Positions 1-12,699 of a DNA stretch of 64,000 bases are shown here, piece after piece; position 1 is the stretch's first letter; each line of letters starts with the position of its first letter. The stretch lies in NCBI GenBank assembly GCA_964016885.1, contig OZ024741.1, positions 258,726,001-258,790,000 on the forward strand, read 5' to 3'. The translations under genes and the position numbers were made by a program. The notes beneath the pieces are model-generated. The model searched no databases. It was not told where the DNA came from and saw only the letters and a program-made list of their open reading frames with translations. This DNA is from Eledone cirrhosa. Taxonomy: Eukaryota.

Positions 1-519
1 TTTCTGTGTCAGTGCCAGTGTTGTAGTTGTTGTTGCTGTTTTCTGTGTCAGTGCCAGTGTTGTTGTTGTTACTGTTGCTGTTTTCTGTGTCAGTGCCAGT
101 CTTGTTGTTGTTACTGTTGCTGTTTTCTGTGCCAGTGCCAGTGTTATTGTTGCTGTTTTCTGTGTCAGTGCCACTGTTGTTGCTGTTGTTGCTGTTTTCT
201 GTGTCAGTGCCAGTGTTGTTGTTGCTGTTGTTGCTGTTTTCTGTGTCAGTGCCAGTGTTCTTGCTGTTGCTGTTTTCTGTGTCAGTGCCAGTGTTGTTGT
301 TGTTACTGTTGCTGTTTTCTGTGTCAGTTCCAGTGTTGTTGTTGTTGTTGCTGTTGCTGTTTTCTGTGTCAGTGCCAGTGTTATTGTTGCTGTTGTTGCT
401 GTTTCTCTGTCAGTGCTAGTGTTGTTGTAGTTGTTGCTGTTTTCTCTGTCAGTGCCAGTGTTGTTGTAGTTGTTGCTGTTTTCTGTGTCAGTGCCAGTGT
501 TGTTGTAGTTGTTGCTGTT

Positions 520-3470
520 TTCTCTGTCAGTGCCAGTGTTGTTGTTGTTGCTGCTTTCTCTGTCAGTGCCAGTGTTGTAGTTGTTGCTGTTTTCTCTGTC
601 AGTGCCAGTGTTGTTGTAGTTGTTGCTGTTTTCTGTGTCAGTGTCAGTGTTGTTGTTGCTGTTTTCTGTGTCAGTGACAGTGTTGTTGTTGTTGCTGTTT
701 TCTCTGTCAGTGCCAGTGTTGTTGCTGTTGCTATTTTCACTGTCAGTGCCAGTGTTGTTGTTGTTGCTGTTTTCTGTGTCAGTGCCAGTGTTGTTGTTGT
801 TGCTGTTTTCTGTGTCAGTGCCAGTGTTGTTGTTGTTACTGTTGCTGTTTTCTGTGTCAGTTCCAGTGTTGCTGTTTCTGTTTTCTGTGCCAGTGCCAGT
901 GTTATTGTTGCTGTTGTTGCTGTTTTCTGTGTCAGTGCCACGGTTGTTGTTGCTGTTGTTGCTGTTTTCTGTGTCAGTGCCAGTGTTGTTGTTGCTGTTG
1001 TTCCTGTTTTCTGTGTCAGTGCCAGTGTTGTTGTTGCTGTTGTTGCTGTTTTCCGTGCCAGTGTTGTTGTAGTCGTTGCTGTTTTCTGTGTCATTGCCAG
1101 TGTTGTTGTAGTTGTTGCTGTTTTCTGTGTCAGTGCCAGTGTTGTTGTAGTTGTTGCTGTTTTCTCTGTCAGTGCCAGTGTTGTTGTAGTTGTTGCTGTT
1201 TTCTCTGTCAGTGCCAGTTTTGTTGTAGTTGTTGCTGTTTTCTGTGTCAGTGCCAGTGTTGTTGCTGTTGCTGTTTTCTCTGTCAGTGCCAGTGTTGTTG
1301 TTGTTGCTGTTTTCTCTGTCAGTGCCAGTGTTGTTGTTGTTGCTGTTTTCTCTCTCAGTGCCAATGTTATTGTAGTTGTTGCTGTTTTCTCTGTCAGTGC
1401 CAGTGTTGTTGTAGTTGTTGCTGTTTTCTGTGTCAGTGCCAGTGTTGTTGCTGTTGTTGCTGTTTTCTGTGTCAGTGCCAGTGTTGTTGTTGCTGTTTTC
1501 TCTGTCAGTGCCAGTGTTTTTGTTGTTGCTGTTTTCTGTGTCAGTGACAGTGTTGTTCTAGTTGTTGATGTTTTCTGTGCCAGTGCTAGTGTTGTTGTAG
1601 TTGTTGCTGTTTTCTCTGTCAGTGCCAGTGTTGTTGTTGTTGTTGCTGTTTTCTCTGTCAGTGCCAGTGTTGTAGTTGTTGCTGTTTTCTCTGTCAGTGC
1701 CAGTGTTGTTGTAGTTGTTGCTGTTTTCTGTGTCAGTGCCAGTGTTGTTGTTGTTGTTGCTGTTTTCTGTGTCAGTACCGGTGTTGTTGTTGTTGCTGTT
1801 TTCTCTGTCAGTGCCAGTGTTGTTGTTGTTGCTGTTTTCTCTGTCAGTGCCAGTGTTGTTGTTGTTGCTGTTTTCTGTGTCAGTGCCAGTGTTGTTGTTG
1901 TTGCTGTTTTCTGTGTCAGTGCCAGTGTTGTTGTTGTTGCTGTTTTCTGTGTCAGTGCCAGTGTTGTTGTAGTTGTTGCTGTTTTCTGTGTCAGTGCCAG
2001 TGTTGTTTTAGTTGTTGCTGTTTTCTGTGTCAGTGCCAGTGTTGTTGTAGTTATTGCTGTTTTCTCTGTCAGTGCCAGTGTTGTTGTAGTTGTTGCTGTT
2101 TTCTGTGTCAGTGCCAGTGTTGTTGTAGTTGTTGCTGTTTTCTCTGTGAGTGCCAGTGTTGTTGTAGTTGTTGCTGTTTTCTGTGTCAGTGCCAGTGTTG
2201 TTGTAGTTGTTGCTGTTTTCTCTGTCAGTGCCAGTGTTGTTGTTGTTGCTGCTTTCTCTGTCAGTGCCAGTGTTGTAGTTGTTGCTGTTTTCTCTGTCAG
2301 TGCCAGTGTTGTTGTAGTTGTTGCTGTTTTCTGTGTCAGTGTCAGTGTTGTTGTTGTTGCTGTTTTCTGTGTCAGTGCCAGTGTTGTTGTTGTTGCTGTT
2401 TTCTCTGTCAGTGCCAGTGTTGTTGCTGTTGCTATTTTCACTGTCAGTGCCAGTGTTGTTGTTGTTGCTGTTTTCTGTGTCAGTGCCAGTGTTGTTGTTG
2501 TTGCTGTTTTCTGTGTCAGTGCCAGTGTTGTTGTTGTTACTGTTGCTGTTTTCTGTGTCAGTTCCAGTGTTGCTGTTTCTGTTTTCTGTGCCAGTGCCAG
2601 TGTTATTGTTGCTGTTGTTGCTGTTTTCTGTGTCAGTGCCACGGTTGTTGTTGCTGTTGTTGCTGTTTTCTGTGTCAGTGCCAGTGTTGTTGTTGCTGTT
2701 GTTCCTGTTTTCTGTGTCAGTGCCAGTGTTGTTGTTGCTGTTGTTGCTGTTTTCCGTGCCAGTGTTGTTGTAGTCGTTGCTGTTTTCTGTGTCATTGCCA
2801 GTGTTGTTGTAGTTGTTGCTGTTTTCTGTGTCAGTGCCAGTGTTGTTGTAGTTGTTGCTGTTTTCTCTGTCAGTGCCAGTGTTGTTGTAGTTGTTGCTGT
2901 TTTCTCTGTCAGTGCCAGTTTTGTTGTAATTGTTGCTGTATTCTGTGTCAGTGCCAGTGTTGTTGCTGTTGCTGTTTTCTCTGTCAGTGCCAGTGTTGTT
3001 GTAGTTGTTGCTGTTTTCTCTGTCAGTGCCAGTGTTGTTGTTGTTGCTGTTTTCTCTGTCAGTGCCAGTGTTGTTGTTGTTGCTGTTTTCTCTCTCAGTG
3101 CCAATGTTGTTGTAGTTGTTGCTGTTTTCTCTGTCAGTGCCAGTGTTGTTGTAGTTGTTGCTGTTTTCTGTGTCAGTGCCAGTGTTGTTGCTGTTGTTGC
3201 TGTTTTCTGTGTCAGTGACAGTGTTGTTGTTGCTGTTTTCTCTGTCAGTGCCAGTGTTTTTGTTGTTGCTGTTTTCTGTGTCAGTGACAGTGTTGTTCTA
3301 GTTGTTGATGTTTTCTGTGCCAGTGCTAGTGTTGTTGTAGTTGTTGCTGTTTTCTCTGTCAGTGCCAGTGTTGTTGTTGTTGTTGCTGTTTTCTCTGTCA
3401 GTGCCAGTGTTGTAGTTGTTGCTGTTTTCTCTGTCAGTGCCAGTGTTGTTGTAGTTGTTGCTGTTTTCTG
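520..3470. repeat. ~1.7-kb-offset duplication (~520-1730 repeated at ~2220-3470)
   Basis: Shared rare variants: GTTTCTGTTTT (~874/~2575), GTCATTGCC (~1090/~2791), CTCTCAGTGCCAAT (~1352/~3092), GTGCTAGT (~1583/~3323). ORFs 620/2318 are near-identical. Confidence 0.85.
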
Positions 3471-5069
3471 TGTCAGTGCCAGTGTTGTTGTTGTTGCTGT
3501 TTTCTGTGTCAGTGCCAGTGTTGTTGTTGTTGCTATTTTCACTGTCAGTGCCAGTGTTGTTGCTGTTGCTGTTTTCTCTGTCAGTGCCAGTGATGTTGTA
3601 GTTGTTGCTGTTTTCTGTGTTAGTGTCAGTGTTGTTGTAGTTGTTGCTGTTTTCTGTGTCAGTGCCAGTGTTGTTGTTGTTGTTGCTGTTTTCTCTGTCA
3701 GTGCCAGTGTTGTTGTAGTTGTTGCTGCTTTCTCTGTCAGTGCCAGTGTTGTTGTAGTTGTTGCTGTTTTCTGTGTCAGTGCCAGTGTTGTTGTTGTTGC
3801 TGTTTTCTCTGTCAGTGCCAGTGTTGTTGTAGTTGTTGCTGTTTTCTGTGTCAGTGCCACTGTTGTTGTTGCTGTTTTCTTTGTCAGTGCCAGTGTTGTT
3901 GTTGTTGCTGTTTTCTCTGTCAGTGCCAGTGTTGTTGTTGCTGTTTTCTCTGTCAGTGCCAGTGTTGTTGTTGTTGCTGTTTTCTGTGTCAGTGCCATTG
4001 TTATTGCTGTTGTTGCTGTTTTCTGTGTCAGTGCCAGTGTTGTTGTTGCTGTTGTTGCTGTTTTCTGTGTCAGTGCCAGTGTTGTTGCTGTTGCTGTTTT
4101 CTCTGTCAGTGCCAGTGTTGTTGTAGTTGTTGCTGTTTTCTCTGTCAGTGCCAGTGTTGTAGTTGTTGCTGTTTTCTGTGTCAGTGCCAGTGTTGTTGTT
4201 GTTGCTGTTTTCTCTGTCAGTGCCAGTGTTGTTGTAGTTGTTGCTGTTTTCTCTGTCAGTGTCAGTGTTGTTGTAGTTGTTGCTGTTTTCTGTGTCGGTA
4301 CCGGTGTTGTTGTTGTTGCTGTTTTCTCTGTCAGTGCCAGTGTTGTTGTTGTTGCTGTTTTCTCTGTCAGTGCCAGTGTTGTTGTTGTTGGTGTTTTCTG
4401 TGTCAGTGCCAGTGTTGTTGTTGCTGTTTTCTGTGTCAGTGCCAGTGTTGTTGTAGTTGTTGCTGTTTTCTGTGTCAGTGCCAGTGTTGTTTTAGTTGTT
4501 GCTGTTTTCTGTGTCAGTGCCAGTGTTGTTGTAGTTGTTGCTGTTTTCTCTGTCAGTGCCAGTGTTGTTGTAGTTGTTGCTGTTTTCTGTGTCAGTGCCA
4601 GTGTTGTTGTAGTTGTTGCTGTTTTCTCTGTGAGTGCCAGTGTTGTTGTAGTTGTTGCTGTTTTCTCTGTCAGTGCCAGTGTTGTTGTAGTTGTTGCTGT
4701 TTTCTGTGTCAGTGCCAGTGTTGTTGTTGCTGTTTTCTCTGTCAGTGCCAGTGTTGTTGTAGTTGTTGCTGTTTTCTGTGTCAGTGCCAGTGTTGTTGTA
4801 GTTGTTGCTGTTTTCTGTGTCAGTGCCAGTGTTGTTGTTGTTGCTGTTTTCTCTGTCAGTGCCAGTGTTGTTGTAGTTGTTGCTGTTTTCTCTGTCAGTG
4901 CCAGTTTTGTTGTAGTTGTTGCTGTTTTCTGTGTCAGTGCCAGTGTTGTTGTAGTTGTTGCTGTTTTCTCTGTCAGTGCCAGTGTTGTTGTTGTTGTTGC
5001 TGTTTTCTCTGTCAGTGTTGTTGTTGTTGCTATTTTCACTGTCAGTGCCAGTGTTGTTGTTGTTGCTGT

Positions 5070-8000
5070 TTTCTGTGTCAGTGCCAGTGTTGTAGTTGTT
5101 GTTGCTGTTTTCTGTGTCAGTGCCAGTGTTGTTGTTGTTACTGTTGCTGTTTTCTGTGTCAGTGCCACTGTTGTTGTTGCTGTTGTTGCTGTTTTCTGTG
5201 TCAGTGCCAGTGTTGTTGTTGCTGTTGTTGCTGTTTTCTGTGTCAGTGCCAGTGTTGTTGTTGCTGTTTTCCATGCCAGTGTTGTTGTAGTTGTTGCTGT
5301 TTTCTGCGTCAGTGCCAGTGTTCTTGCTGTTGCTGTTTTCTGTGTCAGTGCCAGTGTTGTTGTTGTTACTGTTGCTGTTTTCTGTGTTAGTTCCAGTGTT
5401 GTTATTGTTGTTGCTGTTGCTGTTTTCTGTGCCAGTGCCAGTGTTATTGTTGCTGTTGTTGCTGTTTCTCTGTCAGTGCCAGTGTTGTTGTAGTTGTTGC
5501 TGTTTTCTCTGTCAGTGCCAGTGTTGTTGTAGTTGTTGCTGTTTTCTGTGTCAGTGCCAGTGTTGTTGTAGTTGTTGCTGTTTTCTCTGTCAGTTCCAGT
5601 GTTGCTGTTGCTGTTTTCTGTGCCAGTGCCAGTGTTATTGTTGCTGTCGTTGCTGTTTTCTGTGTCAGTGCCACGGTTGTTGTTGCTGTTGTTGCTGTTT
5701 TCTGTGTCAGTGCCAGTGTTGTTGTAGTTGTTGCTGTTTTCTGTGTCAGTGCCAGTGTTGTTGTTGTTGCTGTTTTCTCTGTCAGTGCCAGTGTTGTTGT
5801 AGTTGTTGCTGTTTTCTCTGTCAGTGCCAGTTTTGTTGTAGTTGTTGCTGTTTTCTGTGTCAGTGCCAGTGTTGTTGTAGTTGTTGCTGTTTTCTCTGTC
5901 AGTGCCAGTGTTGTTGTTGTTGTTGATGTTTTCTCTGTCAGTGTTGTTGTTGTTGCTATTTTCACTGTCAGTGCCAGTGTTGTTGTTGTTGCTGTTTTCT
6001 GTGTCAGTGCCAGTGTTGTAGTTGTTGTTGCTGTTTTCTGTGTCAGTGCCAGTGTTGTTGTTGTTACTGTTGCTGTTTTCTGTGTCAGTGCCACTGTTGT
6101 TGTTGCTGTTGTTGCTGTTTTCTGTGTCAGTGCCAGTGTTGTTGTTGCTGTTGTTGCTGTTTTCTGTGTCAGTGCCAGTGTTGTTGTTGCTGTTTTCCAT
6201 GCCAGTGTTGTTGTAGTTGTTGCTGTTTTCTGTGTCAGTGCCAGTGTTCTTGCTGTTGCTGTTTTCTGTGTCAGTGCCAGTGTTGTTGTTGTTACTGTTG
6301 CTGTTTTCTGTGTTAGTTCCAGTGTTGTTATTGTTGTTGCTGTTGCTGTTTTCTGTGCCAGTGCCAGTGTTATTGTTGCTGTTGTTGCTGTTCCTCTGTC
6401 AGTGCCAGTGTTGTTGTAGTTGTTGCTGTTTTCTCTGTCAGTGCCAGTGTTGTTGTAGTTGTTGCTGTTTTCTGTGTCAGTGCCAGTGTTGTTGTAGTTG
6501 TTGCTGTTTTATCTGTCAGTTCCAGTGTTGCTGTTGCTGTTTTCTGTGCCAGTGCCAGTGTTATTGTTGCTGTCGTTGCTGTTTTCTGTGTCAGTGCCAC
6601 GGTTGTTGTTGCTGTTGTTGCTGTTTTCTGTGTCAGTGCCAGTGTTGTTGTTGCTGTTGTTGCTGTTTTCTGTGTCAGTGCCAGTGTTGTTGTTGCTGTT
6701 GTTGCTGTTTTCCGTGCCAGTGTTGTTGTAGTTGTTGCTGTTTTCTGTGTCAGTGCCAGTGTTGTTGTAGTTGTTGCTGTTTTCTGTGTCAGTGCCAGTG
6801 TTGTTGCTGTTGCTGTTTTCTCTGTCAGTGCCAGTGTTGTTGTAGTTGTTGCTGTTTTCTCTGTCAGTGCCAGTGTTGTTGTTGTTGCTGTTTTCTCTCT
6901 CAGTGCCAGTGTTGTTGTAGTTGTTGCTGTTTTCTCTGTCAGTGCCAGTGTTGTTGTAGTTGTTGCTGTTTTCTGTGTCAGTGCCAGTGTTGTTGCTGTT
7001 GTTGCTGTTTTCTGTGTCAGTGCCAGTGTTGTTGTTGCTGTTTTCTCTGTCAGTGCCAGTGTTTTTGTTGTTGCTGTTTTCTGTGTCAGTGACAGTGTTG
7101 TTCTAGTTGTTGATGTTTTCTGTGCCAGTGCCAGTGTTGTTGTAGTTGTTGCTGTTTTCTCTGTCAGTGCCAGTGTTGTTGTAGTTGTTGCTGTTTTCTC
7201 TGTCAGTGCCAGTGTTGTTGTAGCTGTTGCTGTTTTCTGTGTCAGTGCCAGTGTTGTTGTAATTGTTGCTGTTTTCTGTGTCAGTGCCACTGTTGTTGTT
7301 GCTGTTTTCTGTGTCAGTGCCAGTGTTGTTGTTGTTGCTGTTTTCTCTGTCAGTGCCAGTGTTGTTGTAGTTATTGCTGTTTTCTGTGTCAGTGCCACTG
7401 TTGTTGTTGCGGTTTTCTGTGTCAGTGCCAGTGTTGTTGTTGTTGCTGTTTTCTCTGTCAGTGCCAGTGTTGTTGTTGCTGTTTTCTCTGTCAATGCCAG
7501 TGTTGTTGTTGTTGCTGTTTTCTGTGTCAGTGCCATTGTTATTGCTGTTGTTGCTGTTTTCTATGTCAGTGCCAGTGTTGTTGTTGCTGTTGTTGCTGTT
7601 TTCTCTGTCAGTGCCAGTGTTGTTGTAGTTGTTGCTGTTTTCTCTGTCAGTGCCAGTGTTGTTGTAGTTGTTGCTGTTTTCTGTGTCAGTGCCGGTGTTG
7701 TTGTTGTTGCTGTTTTCTCTGTCAGTGCCAGTGTTGTTGTTGTTGCTGTTTTCTCTGTCAGTGCCAGTGTTGTTGTTGTTGCTGTTTTCTGTGTCAGTGC
7801 CAGTGTTGTTGTTGTTGCTGCTGTTTTCTGTGTCAGTGCCAGTGTTGTTGTAGTTGTTGCTGTTTTCTGTGTCAGTGCCAGTGTTGTTGTAGTTGTTGCT
7901 GTTTTCTGTGTCAGTGCCAGTGTTGTTGTAGTTGTTGCTGTTTTCTCTGTGAGTGCCAGTGTTGTTGTAGTTGTTGCTGTTTTCTTGTCAGTGCCAGTGT

Positions 8001-8880
8001 TGTTGTAGTTGTTGCTGTTTTCTTTGTCAGTGCCAGTGTTGTAGTTGTTGCTGTTTTCTCTGTCAGTGCCAGTGTTGTTGTTGTTGCTGTTTTCTCTGTC
8101 AGTGCCAGTGTTGTTGTTGTTGCTATTTTCACTGTCAGTGCCAGTGTTGTTGTTGTTGTTGCTATTTTCACTCTCAGTGCCAGTGTTGTTGTTACTGTTG
8201 CTGTTTTCTGTGTCAGTGCCAGTGTTGTTGTTGTTACTGTTGCTGTTTTCTGTGCCAGTGCCAGTGTTATTGTTGCTGTTGTTGCTGTTTTGTCTGTCAG
8301 TGCCAGTGTTGTAGTTGTTGTTGTTTTCTCTGTCAGTGCCAGTGTTGTTGTAGTTGTTGCTGTTTTCTGTGTCAGTGCCAGTGTTGTTGTTGTTGCTATT
8401 TTCACTGTCAGTGCCAGTGTTGTTGCTGTTGGTGTTTTCTCTGTCAGTGCCAGTGATGTTGTAGTTGTTGCTGTTTTCTGTGTTAGTGCCAGTGTTGTTG
8501 TAGTTGTTGCTGTTTTCTGTGTCAGTGCCAGTGTTGTTGCTGTTGCTGTTTTCTCTGTCAGTGCCAGTGTTGTTGTAGTTGTTGCTGCTTTCTCTGTCAG
8601 TGCCAGTGTTGTTGTAGTTGTTTCTGTTTTCTGTGTCAGTGCCAGTGTTGTTGTAGTTGTTGCTGTTTTCTGTGTCAGTGCCACTGTTGTTGTTGCTCTT
8701 TTCTGTGTCTGTGCCAGTGTTGTTGTTGTTGCTGTTTTCTCTGTCAGTGCCAGTGTTGTTGTTGCTGTTTTCTCTGTCAGTGCCAGTGTTGTTGTTGTTG
8801 CTGTTTTCTGTGTCAGTGCCAGTGTTGTTGTAGTTGTTGCTGTTTTCTCTTTCAGTGCCAGTGTTGTTGGTGTTGTTGCT
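5070..8880. repeat. Block duplicated at +7.63 kb (partner ~12700-16550); contains an internal 926-bp-offset repeat
   Basis: The TTCCATGCC marker is at ~5270 and ~6197, and again at ~12900 and ~13827. ORF pairs 5096/12726, 6370/14000 and 7374/15004 are all +7630. Confidence 0.88.
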
Positions 8881-9899
8881 GTTTTCTCTGTCAGTGCCAG
8901 TGTTGTTGTAGTTGTTGCTGTTTTCTGTGTCAGTGCCAGTGTTGTTGTTGCTGTTGCTATTTTCACTGTCAGTGCCAGTGTTGTTGTTGTTACTGTTTTC
9001 TGTGTCAGTGCCAGTGTTGTTGTTGTTGCTGTTTTCTGTGTCAGTGCCAGTGTTGTTGTTGTTACTGTTGCTGTTTTCTGTGTCAGTGCCAGTCTTGTTG
9101 TTGTTACTGTTGCTGTTTTCTGTGCCAGAGCCAGTGTTATTGTTGCTGTTGTTGCTGTTTTCTGTGTCAGTGCCACTGTTGTTGTTGCTGTTGTTGCTGT
9201 TTTCTGTGTCAGTGCCAGTGTTGTTGTTGCTGTTGTTGCTGTTTTTTGTGTCAGTGCCAGTGTTGTTGCTGTTGTTGCTGTTTTCTGTGTCAGTGCCAGT
9301 GTTGTTGCTGTTGTTGCTGTTTTCCGTGCCAGTGTTGTTGTAGTTGTTGCTGTTTTCTCTGTCAGTGTCAGTTTTGTTGTAGTTGTTGCTGTTTTCTGTG
9401 TCAGTGCCAGTGTTGTTGTAGTTGTTGCTGTTTTCTCTGTCAGTGCCAGTGTTGTTGTTGTTGTTGCTGTTTTCTCTGTCAGTGTCAGTGTTGTTGTTGT
9501 TGCTGTTTTCTGTGTCAGTGCCAGAGTTGTTGTTGTTACTGTTGCTGTTTTCTGTGCCAGTGTTATTGTTGCTGTTGTTGCTGTTTTGTCTGTCAGTGCC
9601 AGTGTTGTAGTTGTTGCTGTTTTCTCTGTCAGTGCCAGTGTTGTTGTAGTTGTTGCTGTTTTCTGTGTCAGTGCCAGTGTTGTTGTTGTTGCTATTTTCA
9701 CTGTCAGTGCCAGTGTTGTTGCTGTTGCTGTTTTCTCTGTCAGTGCCAGTGATGTTGTAGTTGTTGCTGTTTTCTGTGTTAGTGCCAGTGTTGTTGTAGT
9801 TGTTGCTGTTTTCTGTGTCAGTGCCAGTGTTGTTGTTGTTGCTGTTTTCTCTGTCAGTGCCAGTGTTGTTGTAGTTGTTGCTGTTTTCTGTGTCAGTGC

Positions 9900-12550
9900 C
9901 AGTGTTGTTGTTGTTGCTGTTTTCTCTGTCAGTGCCAGTGTTGTTGTAGTTGTTGCTGTTTTCTCTGTCAGTGCCAGTTTTGTTGTAGTTGTTGCTGTTT
10001 TCTGTGTCAGTGCCAGTGTTGTTGTAGTTGTTGCTGTTTTCTCTGTCAGTGCCAGTGTTGTTGTTGTTGTTGATGTTTTCTCTGTCAGTGTTGTTGTTGT
10101 TGCTATTTTCACTGTCAGTGCCAGTGTTGTTGTTGTTGCTGTTTTCTGTGTCAGTGCCAGTGTTGTAGTTGTTGTTGCTGTTTTCTGTGTCAGTGCCAGT
10201 GTTGTTGTTGTTACTGTTGCTGTTTTCTGTGTCAGTGCCACTGTTGTTGTTGCTGTTGTTGCTGTTTTCTGTGTCAGTGCCAGTGTTGTTGTTGCTGTTG
10301 TTGCTGTTTTCTGTGTCAGTGCCAGTGTTGTTGTTGCTGTTTTCCATGCCAGTGTTGTTGTAGTTGTTGCTGTTTTCTGTGTCAGTGCCAGTGTTCTTGC
10401 TGTTGCTGTTTTCTGTGTCAGTGCCAGTGTTGTTGTTGTTACTGTTGCTGTTTTCTGTGTTAGTTCCAGTGTTGTTATTGTTGTTGCTGTTGCTGTTTTC
10501 TGTGCCAGTGCCAGTGTTATTGTTGCTGTTGTTGCTGTTCCTCTGTCAGTGCCAGTGTTGTTGTAGTTGTTGCTGTTTTCTCTGTCAGTGCCAGTGTTGT
10601 TGTAGTTGTTGCTGTTTTCTGTGTCAGTGCCAGTGTTGTTGTAGTTGTTGCTGTTTTCTCTGTCAGTTCCAGTGTTGCTGTTGCTGTTTTCTGTGCCAGT
10701 GCCAGTGTTATTGTTGCTGTCGTTGCTGTTTTCTGTGTCAGTGCCACGGTTGTTGTTGCTGTTGTTGCTGTTTTCTGTGTCAGTGCCAGTGTTGTTGTTG
10801 CTGTTGTTGCTGTTTTCTGTGTCAGTGCCAGTGTTGTTGTTGCTGTTGTTGCTGTTTTCCGTGCCAGTGTTGTTGTAGTTGTTGCTGTTTTCTGTGTCAG
10901 TGCCAGTGTTGTTGTAGTTGTTGCTGTTTTCTGTGTCAGTGCCAGTGTTGTTGCTGTTGCTGTTTTCTCTGTCAGTGCCAGTGTTGTTGTAGTTGTTGCT
11001 GTTTTCTCTGTCAGTGCCAGTGTTGTTGTTGTTGCTGTTTTCTCTCTCAGTGCCAGTGTTGTTGTAGTTGTTGCTGTTTTCTCTGTCAGTGCCAGTGTTG
11101 TTGTAGTTGTTGCTGTTTTCTGTGTCAGTGCCAGTGTTGTTGCTGTTGTTGCTGTTTTCTGTGTCAGTGCCAGTGTTGTTGTTGCTGTTTTCTCTGTCAG
11201 TGCCAGTGTTTTTGTTGTTGCTGTTTTCTGTGTCAGTGACAGTGTTGTTCTAGTTGTTGATGTTTTCTGTGCCAGTGCCAGTGTTGTTGTAGTTGTTGCT
11301 GTTTTCTCTGTCAGTGCCAGTGTTGTTGTAGTTGTTGCTGTTTTCTCTGTCAGTGCCAGTGTTGTTGTAGCTGTTGCTGTTTTCTGTGTCAGTGCCAGTG
11401 TTGTTGTAATTGTTGCTGTTTTCTGTGTCAGTGCCACTGTTGTTGTTGCTGTTTTCTGTGTCAGTGCCAGTGTTGTTGTTGTTGCTGTTTTCTCTGTCAG
11501 TGCCAGTGTTGTTGTAGTTATTGCTGTTTTCTGTGTCAGTGCCACTGTTGTTGTTGCGGTTTTCTGTGTCAGTGCCAGTGTTGTTGTTGTTGCTGTTTTC
11601 TCTGTCAGTGCCAGTGTTGTTGTTGCTGTTTTCTCTGTCAATGCCAGTGTTGTTGTTGTTGCTGTTTTCTGTGTCAGTGCCATTGTTATTGCTGTTGTTG
11701 CTGTTTTCTATGTCAGTGCCAGTGTTGTTGTTGCTGTTGTTGCTGTTTTCTCTCTCAGTGCCAGTGTTGTTGTAGTTGTTGCTGTTTTCTCTGTCAGTGC
11801 CAGTGTTGTTGTAGTTGTTGCTGTTTTCTGTGTCAGTGCCGGTGTTGTTGTTGTTGCTGTTTTCTCTGTCAGTGCCAGTGTTGTTGTTGTTGCTGTTTTC
11901 TCTGTCAGTGCCAGTGTTGTTGTTGTTGCTGTTTTCTGTGTCAGTGCCAGTGTTGTTGTTGTTGCTGCTGTTTTCTGTGTCAGTGCCAGTGTTGTTGTAG
12001 TTGTTGCTGTTTTCTGTGTCAGTGCCAGTGTTGTTGTAGTTGTTGCTGTTTTCTGTGTCAGTGCCAGTGTTGTTGTAGTTGTTGCTGTTTTCTCTGTGAG
12101 TGCCAGTGTTGTTGTAGTTGTTGCTGTTTTCTTGTCAGTGCCAGTGTTGTTGTAGTTGTTGCTGTTTTCTTTGTCAGTGCCAGTGTTGTAGTTGTTGCTG
12201 TTTTCTCTGTCAGTGCCAGTGTTGTTGTTGTTGCTGTTTTCTCTGTCAGTGCCAGTGTTGTTGTTGTTGCTATTTTCACTGTCAGTGCCAGTGTTGTTGT
12301 TGTTGTTGCTATTTTCACTCTCAGTGCCAGTGTTGTTGTTGTTACTGTTGCTGTTTTCTGTGTCAGTGCCAGTGTTGTTGTTGTTACTGTTGCTGTTTTC
12401 TGTGCCAGTGCCAGTGTTATTGTTGCTGTTGTTGCTGTTTTGTCTGTCAGTGCCAGTGTTGTAGTTGTTGTTGTTTTCTCTGTCAGTGCCAGTGTTGTTG
12501 TAGTTGTTGCTGTTTTCTGTGTCAGTGCCAGTGTTGTTGTTGTTGCTGTT
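9900..12550. repeat. Further copy (+4147) of the ~5750-8400 segment
   Basis: ORF pairs 6022/10169, 6217/10364, 6370/10517, 7374/11521 and 7971/12118 are all +4147, with shared GTTCCTCTG and TTTTCTTGTCA deletions. Confidence 0.85.
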
Positions 12551-12699
12551 TTCTGTGTCAGTGCCAGTGTTGTTGTTGTTGCTATTTTCACTGTCAGTGC
12601 CAGTGTTGTTGCTGTTGCTGTTTTCTCTGTCAGTGCCAGTGATGTTGTAGTTGTTGCTGTTTTCTGTGTTAGTGCCAGTGTTGTTGTAGTTGTTGCTGT

